Source: Candidatus Poribacteria bacterium
GTDB lineage: Bacteria; Poribacteria; WGA-4E; WGA-3G
Length of the DNA: 64,000 nt
Direction of reading: 5' to 3'
Assembly (NCBI GenBank): GCA_965198235.1
Contig: OZ240248.1
Coordinates: 256,001 to 320,000 of the forward strand
Part shown: positions 1 through 9,452 of the stretch, in pieces
How positions within the stretch are numbered: the stretch's first letter is position 1
Layout: each line of letters opens with the position of its first letter
Notes under the pieces: model-generated
What the model saw: the letters and a program-made list of their open reading frames with translations, nothing else
Databases searched by the model: none
What the model was told of the DNA's origin: nothing
Program-made: the position numbers and the translations under genes

Positions 1-115
1 TCACATTTCTCCAAGCGTTCCAGATGAGGTTGGCTCTCTTGTCGTCAGCAACGACAAACTTTACATTGCCACCCGACACGGCAGGATGTTTCACATCCCC
101 CTTGAAGAACAGTAG
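1..115 (+). CDS. 3' end of a gene entering from the left edge (beta-propeller-like C-terminus)
   Basis: Frame from nt 2 reads HISPSVPDEVGSLVVSNDKLYIATRHGRMFHIPLEEQ*, with TAG at 113-115; resembles a propeller blade. Confidence 0.5.
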   Translation, partial: HISPSVPDEVGSLVVSNDKLYIATRHGRMFHIPLEEQ

Positions 116-280
116 TAGGCGCGGTTTCCGAATTCCCCTGATAAACTCTACATAGATATCGCCCCTCTGGGGCTGACCGCCCTTTTTGTAGGAGCGAGTT
201 GTGCTCGCGATGTTCCAATAGGCGCAATTCACGCCAGTTTTACTCTGAATACTCTGAAAATTGCACACCTTTTCTCTCCC

Positions 281-428
281 GTAGGTTGGGTTGAACGAGT
301 AATGCTAAGACGCTAACGATTCAAAGAAAAATCACATCCTTCCGTCCGACTTTCATTCCAGAGATACCGAGTGAAACCCAACACCTGATAGCCAATTGTT
401 GGGTTTCGCTACGCTCTATCCAACCTAC
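281..428. repeat. GTAG-type REP doublet (REPIN-like)
   Basis: gtaggttgggttgaacga at the left and ctatccaacctac at the right; inner gaaacccaaca / tgttgggtttc inverted pair. Confidence 0.7.
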
Positions 429-573
429 GAAACGACTGACCGCTGACGAGTGTAAACAAATCCGATGCCCTTTTTTCTGCAAAAAATGTGAAGATGTGGT
501 AAAATAGAGATACATTGTGGGTCCCAATACGACACGAAGGACGGTTTAGAATCATACCGCAAATACCGAAGTT

Positions 574-1653
574 ATGAAAATCACCGACGTTAAAACTTAC
601 AACTTACGCTATCCACTCATTGAACCCTTCGCGAATTCACGCGGTTGGACGAACACGCGAACTGCCGTTGTTGTCGAAATTCGCACAGATGCCGGCATTA
701 CCGGTTGGGGTGAAGGCGTAAGCGTTCCGTCCACCTCAGCTATTGAAGCGCATCTGATCGGACAGTCGCCTTTTGAAACGGAGCGGATTTGGGAGGCGAT
801 GCGCGGCGATATCGGTGCGCTGAGCGGGATAGACATCGCACTCTGGGACATCATGGGCAAAGCCCTTGATATGCCGATCTATCAACTCCTCGGCGGCGCG
901 TTCCGATTGAAGATTCCGGCTTACGCAAGCGGACTTTTCAAGAAAGACAAACCCAACATAACCCAAGCCTTGATGGATGAAGCGAAAGGCTACGTCGATG
1001 CAGGATTCCCCGCCGTCAAGATGAAAATCGGTTTCGGCGAGGCTTATGACGTGGAGAACGTTGCCGCGGTTCGGCGCGCCATCGGGGACGATACTCTCTT
1101 CGCCGTTGACGCAAATTGTGGATACGATGTCGGGACTGCGATTGATGTCGGGCAGAAACTTCTGGATTACGACCTTTTCTGGTATGAAGAACCGATTACG
1201 AGTGATGATGTAGCAGGTTATCGGGAAATCCGACACGCACTGAAGGTGAGAATCGCTGGCGGCGAGATGCTGAAAGGACGTTGGGCGTTCCGAGACCTAC
1301 TGCAGGAACGCGGGTTGGACATTGTGCAACCCGATATAAGCATCGCAGGCGGTTTCACGGAGTGCCGAAAAATCGCTGCCATGGCGAGTGCGAACTATGT
1401 TCGGGTGCTGCCCCACATGTGGGGCGGTAGCATCCGCCTCGCGGCGACGTTGCACTGGCAAGCCACGCTCCCGGATGCGCCACAAGCACTCCACCCGATC
1501 CCTTCGCTGTTGGAATTTGATATGACCGAGAACCGTCTCCGCACGGCGTTGGCACAGCAACCGATACATGCCGTTGATGGATACGTTAACGTTCCACAGG
1601 CACCCGGATTGGGCATCGACATCGACCGAGATGTATTAGAACAGTACGTATGA
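574..1653 (+). CDS. Mandelate racemase/muconate lactonizing enzyme family (enolase superfamily)
   Basis: GWGE, DIALWDIMGK, KMKIG, DAN, EEP, GE and QPD motifs. Confidence 0.9.
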   Translation: MKITDVKTYNLRYPLIEPFANSRGWTNTRTAVVVEIRTDAGITGWGEGVSVPSTSAIEAHLIGQSPFETERIWEAMRGDIGALSGIDIALWDIMGKALDMPIYQLLGGAFRLKIPAYASGLFKKDKPNITQALMDEAKGYVDAGFPAVKMKIGFGEAYDVENVAAVRRAIGDDTLFAVDANCGYDVGTAIDVGQKLLDYDLFWYEEPITSDDVAGYREIRHALKVRIAGGEMLKGRWAFRDLLQERGLDIVQPDISIAGGFTECRKIAAMASANYVRVLPHMWGGSIRLAATLHWQATLPDAPQALHPIPSLLEFDMTENRLRTALAQQPIHAVDGYVNVPQAPGLGIDIDRDVLEQYV

Positions 1654-1715
1654 AGACACTATCTGCGAGGACACCGCACCTCCGCTGGTGAGATTTGATA
1701 ACGGTCAGAAGAATG

Positions 1716-1928
1716 GTTATCGGTTATCAGTTTTCAGTTAAGAGGTTTTTGTTAATTGGAAACCATCAGCATTGTCCCGCAAGCCTCTATAGGCTTGCGC
1801 CAATCAGCAATCCGTAAAGAGACTTCTGTTAAACGAAACCCTCTTTAAAATCCTGCTAAGATCGAAGAAGCACATAAATCCCGGTTCAGACTTCTGCCGA
1901 CAACCATTTTCCCTGACGGCTGACGGCT
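1716..1928. repeat. Heptamer-like tandem repeats in inverted arrangement
   Basis: gttatcggttatcagttttcagtt at ~1716 and ctgacggctgacggct at ~1913; related tracts at ~34899-34997 and ~37251. Confidence 0.55.
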
Positions 1929-1936
1929 ATAAAAAC

Positions 1937-2737
1937 ATGAGAAAACGTATCCTAATTGTATGCCTCTTACTTTTATCCGTATGTAGCGTGCTTTTCCTCT
2001 ACCACTTCCGCGTCGAAGCGGATTCTCGCACCCAGCAACCGACATCTAATGCCTCATTTTCGCATGAACTGTTTGATCAGGTTCTCCAAGAGCATGTCGA
2101 TGAAAAAGGACGGGTCAATTATACAAAACTGAAGGCGAACCCTAAAAAACTGGAAGCGTATCTGGATCTATTGGCTTTTGCGAATCCAGAGGAGTTGTCC
2201 TATAATGAACGGCTGACGTTCTGGATTAACACTTACAATGCCCTCGTCATTAAAGGTGTCGTCAACCACTACCCGACAACGAGTGTCCGAAAGGTCAAAC
2301 TCTTCAACGGTTTCTTCTCTCGGCTGAAGTTCCAAGTTGCGGGTAAGATGTATACACTCAATCAGATCGAACACGGCATTATCCGTACAGAGTTTGTAGA
2401 TCCGCGTGTTCACTTCGTCCTTGTATGTGCTTCAAGTAGCTGCCCGCCATTATGGAACCGTGCTTATGCTGTCGAAACGATTGAGGAGCGTCTTGAGACT
2501 GCAACGTTCAACTTTATTCGGAATCCCGAACAGGTGAGGATTGATCGTCCGGAACGCCGCGTCTACGTTTCAAAAATTTTCAAATGGTATGACGACGATT
2601 TTAAGGAGGGTTACGACGGCGCAGTGGATTTTCTCGCCGACTATCTACCACCTGAAGACGCAGAATTTTTGGAGTCAACTGATGTTAAACTGCACTATTT
2701 GGACTATGACTGGACACTGAACGATCAAAAACAATAA
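1937..2737 (+). CDS. Exported DUF547-domain protein
   Basis: Signal peptide; FWINTYNAL, DPRVHFVLVCAS.SCP, SKIFKWY and YDWTLN motifs. Confidence 0.85.
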   Translation: MRKRILIVCLLLLSVCSVLFLYHFRVEADSRTQQPTSNASFSHELFDQVLQEHVDEKGRVNYTKLKANPKKLEAYLDLLAFANPEELSYNERLTFWINTYNALVIKGVVNHYPTTSVRKVKLFNGFFSRLKFQVAGKMYTLNQIEHGIIRTEFVDPRVHFVLVCASSSCPPLWNRAYAVETIEERLETATFNFIRNPEQVRIDRPERRVYVSKIFKWYDDDFKEGYDGAVDFLADYLPPEDAEFLESTDVKLHYLDYDWTLNDQKQ

Positions 2738-2772
2738 AAGGGACGTAAATGACCGCAAGGAACATTAGAAAT

Positions 2773-3807
2773 ATGGTGAATACAGCCGTTATTGGCTACG
2801 GATATGCTGGACGCGCTTTTCATACCTATCTCGTCGGTTTGGCAAATGGGCTGAACCTTTATGCGATTGCAACACGGGATGCCAAACGCCGTGAAGCGGC
2901 ACGCGCGGCATACCCAAACGCACAGATGTATCAAACGATTGACGAAGTCATCGCAGATGACGCTGTTGACCTCGTTGTATTAGCGACACCGCACGACACA
3001 CACGCCGAACTCTCCATCAAGGCGATGGACGCCGGCAAGCACGTCGTCACGGACAAAATCATGGCGATGAATACCGCCGAAGCGGACGCGATGATTGCGG
3101 CAAGTGAGCGAAACGATGTCCTGCTCAGCGTCTTTCATAATCGCCGATGGGATTGGGATTATAATACCGTCAGAAAGATCATCGACGACGGTCTGCTCGG
3201 AACGCCTTACCTCTTTCAGGTCGCGATCATGCGTTACGGACCGCCTCGCGGCTGGCGCGGCATCAAAAGTCAGAGTGGCGGCATCCTTTTCGATTGGCCC
3301 GCACACTTCGCGGATCAGGCACTACAACTCGTGACGGCACCCGTTGAATCTGTGTACTGTGACGTTCACTACGATTCGAGATGGGACATCGATATCGGCA
3401 ACTACGCCAACCTCATCATTAAGTTTGAGAACGATGTGCGGTATCAGATTGAGATTGGCAACCTCGCCAAAGCGGAGAAACCGCGTTGGTATATCGTTGG
3501 GGATTTGGGCGGATTAATCAAATACGGCTTGGACCCGCAGGAGGGACCGATGGTGGCGGGCAATATCGATGCCGCGCAGCAGGATCCCGAAAACTATGCC
3601 AAAGTCTGGACAGATGTAGGTGGTGAGAACAGAGAACTCGTCGTTGAAAGCATCCAAACGACATGGAAATCTTACTATCAGAACATTGCGGATGTGCTGA
3701 ACAAGGGTGAGGAATTGGTCGTTAAGCCTGCGGAGATTCGCAAAGTCATGCAGGTCTATGATGCGGCGATGCAGTCTGCCGAGACGAGAGAAACCGTGCG
3801 ATTGTAG
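2773..3807 (+). CDS. Gfo/Idh/MocA family oxidoreductase
   Basis: GYGYAG Rossmann motif, GKHVVTDK, FHNRRWD; start chosen at 2773. Confidence 0.9.
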   Translation: MVNTAVIGYGYAGRAFHTYLVGLANGLNLYAIATRDAKRREAARAAYPNAQMYQTIDEVIADDAVDLVVLATPHDTHAELSIKAMDAGKHVVTDKIMAMNTAEADAMIAASERNDVLLSVFHNRRWDWDYNTVRKIIDDGLLGTPYLFQVAIMRYGPPRGWRGIKSQSGGILFDWPAHFADQALQLVTAPVESVYCDVHYDSRWDIDIGNYANLIIKFENDVRYQIEIGNLAKAEKPRWYIVGDLGGLIKYGLDPQEGPMVAGNIDAAQQDPENYAKVWTDVGGENRELVVESIQTTWKSYYQNIADVLNKGEELVVKPAEIRKVMQVYDAAMQSAETRETVRL

Positions 3808-3995
3808 ACGCGATTTTCTGATTTCTGCTCAACCCGACTTACCTGATAAATCGTTCAGATTATGGACAATAGCGTTCATTTTTTGACGCATTATCCTTAT
3901 GAATTCCGAGAATTCACGCGGAAACAGGCTTTTAGCGTTGGCATCGTATTTGCTATTATTATATTAACAAACAACTTGTCGAAAGGGAGAGACAA

Positions 3996-5108
3996 ATGAA
4001 AATGAAAACGCAGTGTGGATTAATACTGGTGTTGCTCCTTATATTTACCGTTGTCCAGAGCGGTATAACGGATCAGCACGCCGCCGAGGCATCAGAATAT
4101 GATGAATTAAACCAGCAGGTCGTCGCGAGCATTGACCGAGGCTTGGAATGGCTGAAAGGGCAGCAAGCCGAAGATGGGCTATTCGCCAATCATCCGGGGA
4201 TAACGGCTCTCGCACTCACCGCTTTTTTGCGGCATCCACAGAACAAATACTCGGAGGCAGAACATCCGTTTATCCAAAAAGGACTTCAGCGGTTGGTCGG
4301 AATGCAACAGCCGAACGGCGCGATCTACGATATCGAGATGCAACCCGCGCTTCCGAATTACAATACCGCTATCTCGGTAATGGCACTTTCCTCAACCGGC
4401 AACTCGGAATACGCGTCGATTATTGAAAGGGCGCAAGGTTTCCTGAAAAGTTTACAGGTCACAGATGAGGAGAGCATCTATTACGGTGGAATCGGTTATG
4501 GAAGCCGTGAGACCGTGCATGACCTGTCCAACCTGAACTTCGCCATCCAAGCGTTGAAAGAGAGTGGTTCCGATGACCAAGAGGTGTGGAACAAAGCGAT
4601 TAAGTTTCTGGAACGCACACAGAATCGGAGTGAGAGCAACGATCAGTCGTGGGCGGGCAATGATGGCGGGTTTATCTATTCGCCTGACGGTGAAAGCAAA
4701 GCCGGCACGGATGCCGCTGGAAGCCCGCGCTCCTATGCCAGCATGACGTATGCCGGGCTGTTGAGTTTCATCTATGCCAATGTTGATAAAGACGATGAAC
4801 GCGTTCAGGTGGCTTTTGAGTGGATTAAGCAACATTTCACAACCGAAGAAAACTACGGCATGGGCGCACAGGGTCTATACTACAACTATCATACGATGGC
4901 GAAAGCATTGCGCCTTTACGGTGAACCCATTTTTACGGACGCGAAAGGTATCTCGCACGATTGGTACCGAGAACTCGCAGAAAAACTAATCGAGGTCCAG
5001 AAACCCGATGGATCCTGGGTAAATGACGAGAGTCGTTGGATGGAGGCACTTCCTGTATTGGCAACCAGTTATGCGGTTCTCTCTCTGGACACTGCCTATC
5101 CGAAATAG
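3996..5108 (+). CDS. Exported prenyltransferase/squalene-oxidase repeat protein
   Basis: Signal peptide; QW-type repeats (WLKGQQAEDG, QQPNGAI, QKPDGSW); GGIGYG and DGGFIY. Confidence 0.8.
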   Translation: MKMKTQCGLILVLLLIFTVVQSGITDQHAAEASEYDELNQQVVASIDRGLEWLKGQQAEDGLFANHPGITALALTAFLRHPQNKYSEAEHPFIQKGLQRLVGMQQPNGAIYDIEMQPALPNYNTAISVMALSSTGNSEYASIIERAQGFLKSLQVTDEESIYYGGIGYGSRETVHDLSNLNFAIQALKESGSDDQEVWNKAIKFLERTQNRSESNDQSWAGNDGGFIYSPDGESKAGTDAAGSPRSYASMTYAGLLSFIYANVDKDDERVQVAFEWIKQHFTTEENYGMGAQGLYYNYHTMAKALRLYGEPIFTDAKGISHDWYRELAEKLIEVQKPDGSWVNDESRWMEALPVLATSYAVLSLDTAYPK

Positions 5109-5117
5109 GTTTTTCTA

Positions 5118-5213
5118 TTTTTAATTATGGGCATCTGGACTGCGCTCCAAATGTAAAGCAAAGACAAATTATGCCATTTAAGGAAACATAATTTCATTAC
5201 GCGCAGGTTCTTG
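5118..5213. repeat. Copy of a ~100-bp structured intergenic repeat family
   Basis: ctggactg..ctccaaatgtaaagcaaagacaaattatgccatttaagg shared with 33775-33885; related copies at 42273-42360 and 39236-39305. Confidence 0.8.
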
Positions 5214-5335
5214 ATATGCGTAGGAGCGGGTTGTGCTCTTCAGCTCAGCAGCCTGCAACAACGGCGCAGGCGGATGCTGATCAAATACAGTCAAATTCCG
5301 AACCCCGTCGTTCTCCCGCAAGGTATAATTAAAAC

Positions 5336-6163
5336 ATGTATCAGTCAATCAAAGTCTCCGCAATTTCGCTGAAACCTACCAAATGGGATAAAGCCTCCAA
5401 CGCTGAGAAGCTGGAGGCTTTCTTCGTAGAAGCTGCCAAGGACGCTCCACAGCTGATTTTGGCGACCGAGGGTGTCTTGGAGGGCTATGTCGTGATGGAT
5501 GTCATTGAAGGCAGAGCCACACCAGAGGCGATGCTTGAAATCGCAGAGCCGCTTGACGGTACGCATATCCACCGATTCCGTCGGTTAGCACGGCAACTCA
5601 AAACCTGTCTCTGTTTCGGGTTCGCTGAACGGTGTGGGACTTCTTCTGTCTATAACTCCGCCGTGTTTATTGATGCCAATGGGGACATCTGCGGCACCTA
5701 TCACAAAACGCAGTTCGCCGAAGGGACGCATCCGGCGTGGAACTTCAATTGCATCGGCGAAACGATCCGGGCATTTGATACACCTTTCGGGCGCGCCGGC
5801 ATTTTAATCTGCAACGACAGGTGGAATCCGCTGATAGCGCGCACACTGGTTTTAGACGGCGCGCAGTTCCTCCTAATTCCCTCGTATGGTTCAAAGGGCA
5901 AAGCGCAGAACCGGACCGTGCTTGCCAGAGCACGTGAAAATGGTGTGCCGATTGTAGAAGCGAATGTCGGGATGAACCTCATCATCAGTAAAGGTGAAAT
6001 TGTCGCATACAAATGGGGCAACGACCAAATCAGTACAGCAGACATTGATATCCCAATTCTCCCTTCAACCGAGGCGGCGCGCCGTTCGGAACAGGCGTAC
6101 TTGCAGGCTCAAGCACCTGAGATGGAAACCCGCTATCGGAAGACTGTTACCCGTTTGGAATAA
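5336..6163 (+). CDS. Carbon-nitrogen hydrolase (nitrilase superfamily)
   Basis: Catalytic triad contexts TEG, YHKT and LICND. Confidence 0.88.
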   Translation: MYQSIKVSAISLKPTKWDKASNAEKLEAFFVEAAKDAPQLILATEGVLEGYVVMDVIEGRATPEAMLEIAEPLDGTHIHRFRRLARQLKTCLCFGFAERCGTSSVYNSAVFIDANGDICGTYHKTQFAEGTHPAWNFNCIGETIRAFDTPFGRAGILICNDRWNPLIARTLVLDGAQFLLIPSYGSKGKAQNRTVLARARENGVPIVEANVGMNLIISKGEIVAYKWGNDQISTADIDIPILPSTEAARRSEQAYLQAQAPEMETRYRKTVTRLE

Positions 6164-6179
6164 CGTAGTGAAATCCCCT

Positions 6180-6383
6180 GTAGGAGCGATCTCCTCATCG
6201 CGACTTCCCACTCATCCATCATCAAATCTGCAATAGCGTGATATATCGTGGCAAGTCTCTCTAAAACCTTAAGTCGAACTCATGTTGTATAAACCTATTT
6301 CCGATAATTGTGTCAAATACTTTATTGGTGTCTAAAAAGGATTTAGAGATCCAGTGAAGATCGCGAGCACAGCTCGCTCCTAC
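6180..6383. repeat. Inverted pair of GTAG REP sequences
   Basis: gtaggagcgatctcctcatcgcga at 6180 (identical at 8737) and atcgcgagcacagctcgctcctac at ~6360 (reverse of the copy at ~188). Confidence 0.75.
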
Positions 6384-6430
6384 AGGAAGAGGTGCCTCGT
6401 CCTATAGTCCAACACACCCTTATACAGATA

Positions 6431-7330
6431 ATGCTTACACCACAATTCCTGAAGCAACTTGAACCCTTCCATATCCGATCGGACCGCTCGTTCCGAGGTA
6501 AATTCAGAGGTGAACGCCGGAGTCTGAACCGTGGTGTAGGTATGGAATTTGCCGATTATCGGGTCTATGAACCCGGTGATGACCTACGGCATGTCGATTG
6601 GAACATCTACGCCCGTTTGGGGAAACTCTTTATCAAGCTCTTCCACGCTGACGAGGGATTACCACTCGCACTTCTCATTGATAACAGTCGTTCTATGGAG
6701 TTTGGCTCGCCGACCAAGCTAACGTGTGCCAAACAGATCGCCGCGGCGTTAGGCTATATCGCTTTGGGACACGCTGATAGTGTTGCTGTCTATACTTGTG
6801 CGGAACGGCTCTCCTCGACATTGCCACCTGCATCGAGTACATCGCAATTTTCACGTCTCACAAAGGTTCTGACCGCAATTACTGCACACGGGCAAACGCG
6901 GCTGACGGAATGTCTCAGGCAACTTCCGATGTATCAACGGCATCCGTGCGCGATTGTTGTCCTTTCCGATTTTTTGGATCCGAATGGCTATGAACAGGGC
7001 TTCAAATTGCTCACAGGACGCGGCTTCTCGCTCACAGCTATCCACCTGATGAGTCCAGAAGAGATGAACCCGCAGGTGTACTTGGAAAACACACCTACCG
7101 GAGGGGACTGGTTGGTAGAGGATGCCGAAACCAGTGAAACGAGAGCCATCACAATTAATCCCGAAACGCTCTCGCAATACCAGAATCAGCAACAGATTTT
7201 TTGCGACACCTTGCTACGTTTCTGTATCGACCAAGGGATTGGCTATGCACAACTAAAAAGCGATACGCCTATAGAACCCTTTATTTTACAGGAGCTGCAC
7301 AGAGCCGGTTTAATTCAGAGGAATCGTTAA
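6431..7330 (+). CDS. DUF58 / vWA-like MoxR partner protein
   Basis: EFADYRVYEPGDDLRHVDWN, LIDNSRSM and VLSDF motifs. Confidence 0.9.
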   Translation: MLTPQFLKQLEPFHIRSDRSFRGKFRGERRSLNRGVGMEFADYRVYEPGDDLRHVDWNIYARLGKLFIKLFHADEGLPLALLIDNSRSMEFGSPTKLTCAKQIAAALGYIALGHADSVAVYTCAERLSSTLPPASSTSQFSRLTKVLTAITAHGQTRLTECLRQLPMYQRHPCAIVVLSDFLDPNGYEQGFKLLTGRGFSLTAIHLMSPEEMNPQVYLENTPTGGDWLVEDAETSETRAITINPETLSQYQNQQQIFCDTLLRFCIDQGIGYAQLKSDTPIEPFILQELHRAGLIQRNR

Positions 7331-7359
7331 AATAGTAAAAAAACTGAAAGTCACCCAAA

Positions 7360-8538
7360 TTGAACCACCGCAAATTTAGCCGAGTCTCGCTAATCTTTCC
7401 CATCTATATTCCAGCGTTTCTGTTGGCAACAGGCGGAGGCATTGTTTCACCAACGCTTTCGATTTATGTTAAATCGTTTGAGTTATCCTATACGTTGACG
7501 ACGGTTGTCCTTGCTGTTGGTGTGCTTGGAAATATCCCCGCTGGCATTTTAGTGGAACGACTCGGGCGCAAGCCATCGATGTTGCTCGGTTTAGTCATGA
7601 TAGGACTGTCAACGCTGGGCATGGGAACGGCGCGAAATTTCTTCCAACTCATCGGTGCGCAGTTATTTGGTGGCATTGGATACGCATTGTGGATGCTTGC
7701 TCGGCATGCATATATGACGGATGTGATCCCGATAGCGAATCGCGGGAGAGCAATTGCACTGTTCGGCGGTGTGAATCGGATGGGCACCTTCGTAGGTCAG
7801 TTCTGCTCTATCTTTCTTGGGGTAAATCTCCGCTTTCCCTTCTTCATCTATGCTGGTATCGTAATGCTGAACCTTTTCCTCTGTTTCTTCTTCATTCCCG
7901 GGACACGGCGCACCACAACTGAAGTAACAGGTAAGAAGCCTCCTTACCTAAAACATCTACTTGAGGTCTCGCGCCAGCATGCGCGGCTCCTCGCCACTGC
8001 GGGGGTAGGGCAGGTGTGCGTACAGACGTTGCGTCGCGGGTGCAATATCATTATTCCACTCTATGCCGACGAGGTTGTCGGATTAACGACGCAACAGGTC
8101 CGCTCAGTCGTCATGATCTCCTCAGCGGTAGATATGTCGATGTTTCCAATTGCCGGCTATATGATGGATCGGTTCGGTCGGAGATATGCGACGGTGCCGG
8201 GGGTGTTCATTTTTGCCACGGGGATGGTGTTGATGCCGTTTACAGGTACATTTACGGGGTTGCTGCTCGCAGCAATCTTCATGCGTATGGGTAACGGTAT
8301 CGCTTCGGGAACGATGATGACACTCGGCGCAGACCTGGCCCCACGCGAAGGGATAGGGGAGTTCTTGGGTTTATGGCGACTCACGGGAGATTTCGGTGGT
8401 TCGGCGGGACCGGTTATCGTTGGCAATCTTGCCGATCTGTTCGGATTGAGTTATTCCGGTTTTGCGTTGGGGGGCATCGGTTATCTCGCGGTGAGCATTT
8501 TCCTGTGGTTGGTACCGGAGACGTTGCAGAGAGAGTGA
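7360..8538 (+). CDS. MFS transporter
   Basis: About 12 hydrophobic segments; motif A variants ERLGRK and DRFGRR. Confidence 0.9.
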   Translation: MNHRKFSRVSLIFPIYIPAFLLATGGGIVSPTLSIYVKSFELSYTLTTVVLAVGVLGNIPAGILVERLGRKPSMLLGLVMIGLSTLGMGTARNFFQLIGAQLFGGIGYALWMLARHAYMTDVIPIANRGRAIALFGGVNRMGTFVGQFCSIFLGVNLRFPFFIYAGIVMLNLFLCFFFIPGTRRTTTEVTGKKPPYLKHLLEVSRQHARLLATAGVGQVCVQTLRRGCNIIIPLYADEVVGLTTQQVRSVVMISSAVDMSMFPIAGYMMDRFGRRYATVPGVFIFATGMVLMPFTGTFTGLLLAAIFMRMGNGIASGTMMTLGADLAPREGIGEFLGLWRLTGDFGGSAGPVIVGNLADLFGLSYSGFALGGIGYLAVSIFLWLVPETLQRE

Positions 8539-8585
8539 AGCAAACAGGCGCGCTTGGAAGGCGCGCCTGCATCGTCTTTCATAGA

Positions 8586-8671
8586 TGCCGGGAAAGGGAC
8601 TCGAACCCTTACGCGCATAATGCACACTAGACCCTGAACCTAGCCTGTCTACCAAATTTCAGCATCCCGGC
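8586..8671 (-). tRNA. tRNA-Leu (anticodon CAG), CCA not encoded
   Basis: Reverse complement GCCGGGATGCTGAAATTTGGTAGACAGGCTAGGTTCAGGGTCTAG...GGTTCGAGTCCCTTTCCCGGCA; long variable arm. Confidence 0.95.
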
Positions 8672-8681
8672 AAGCAATTAT

Positions 8682-8710
8682 AGTATACCGTAATTTCCAT
8701 CCTTTGTCAA
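8682..8710 (-). promoter_or_regulatory. Sigma70-type promoter of tRNA-Leu
   Basis: TTGACA-17 bp-TATACT on the minus strand just upstream of the tRNA. Confidence 0.8.
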
Positions 8711-8778
8711 ATTAAATTGGGGATGTTTGGTGCCCTGTAGGAGCGATCTCCTCATCGCGATTCATCAACAGAAAGCAC

Positions 8779-8897
8779 AGCCCCAGCGGGGGTTTTTGCT
8801 TGGGTGTTTCTTCAACATCTGTGTAGAAAATCTGTCCACCCGCGAGAATAAGCCCCAGCGGGGGTTTTTGCTTGGGTGTTTCTTCAACATCTGTGTA
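8779..8897 (+). repeat. Two identical 47-bp direct repeats (period 72)
   Basis: agccccagcgggggtttttgcttgggtgtttcttcaacatctgtgta at 8779 and 8851. Confidence 0.9.
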
Positions 8898-9027
8898 AAA
8901 AAGGTCTTGGGTTTCGACAAATACCTAAGATGTTTCTTGATCCAGATTATCATCTAAGGATTCTCAAAAATCGCCCAAAGTTTACTGGATTCTTAAGACG
9001 TGCAGTGAATCGCACAACTACAAACGC

Positions 9028-9193
9028 CAGGGCTATTTAGTTTTCCATTTTTTAGGACATTTTCGGGGACCCCGGACCCGGTAGGAGTGGTGTTTTTGCT
9101 TGGGTGTTTCCTCTAAGTAACCGCTCCGCGCATGGAAAAAGAGGTGTTCAAACGCCAAACACTCCGATAATTTCTTAAAACTAAATGGCTCTG
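9028..9193. mobile_element. 166-bp MITE with 17-bp imperfect TIRs and 10-bp TSD
   Basis: TIRs cagggctatttagtttt / aaaactaaatggctctg; ctacaaacgc duplicated at 9018-9027 and 9194-9203. Confidence 0.85.
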
Positions 9194-9264
9194 CTACAAA
9201 CGCACTCACGCGTAGATAGAAAATCGGATTAAACTTGCAGTATACTTAATCAGTCTAATGTAAT

Positions 9265-9366
9265 TAGGACTTACGCATTCTCTCTTAAAGTCCCCCTGAT
9301 AAGGGGGATTTAGGGGGTTAAATACAACGAAATATGCCCTTTCCTGTTCAATTTGCGTAAGTCCTG
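9265..9366. mobile_element. 102-bp MITE with 5-bp TSD
   Basis: TIRs taggacttacgca / tgcgtaagtcctg; gtaat on both sides; internal ccccctgataaggggg hairpin. Confidence 0.8.
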
Positions 9367-9452
9367 GTAATTAACATAACGATTGCGTTTCTGCCAATAG
9401 AGGCGATTTGTAGTCGTGATTCTCCGGACAACAAAAAAAGGAGCGCAAATCC

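Noticed and set aside
8586-8671. tRNA as an integration site for an island
   Set aside because: No integrase and no duplicated tRNA 3' end found in the window.
8779-8897. Possible mini CRISPR array
   Set aside because: Only two 47-bp units, no cas genes, and the unit belongs to a dispersed REP family also seen at ~59958.
8727-8957. 76-aa ORF with a repeated peptide
   Set aside because: Translation of the 47-bp DNA repeat; no RBS.
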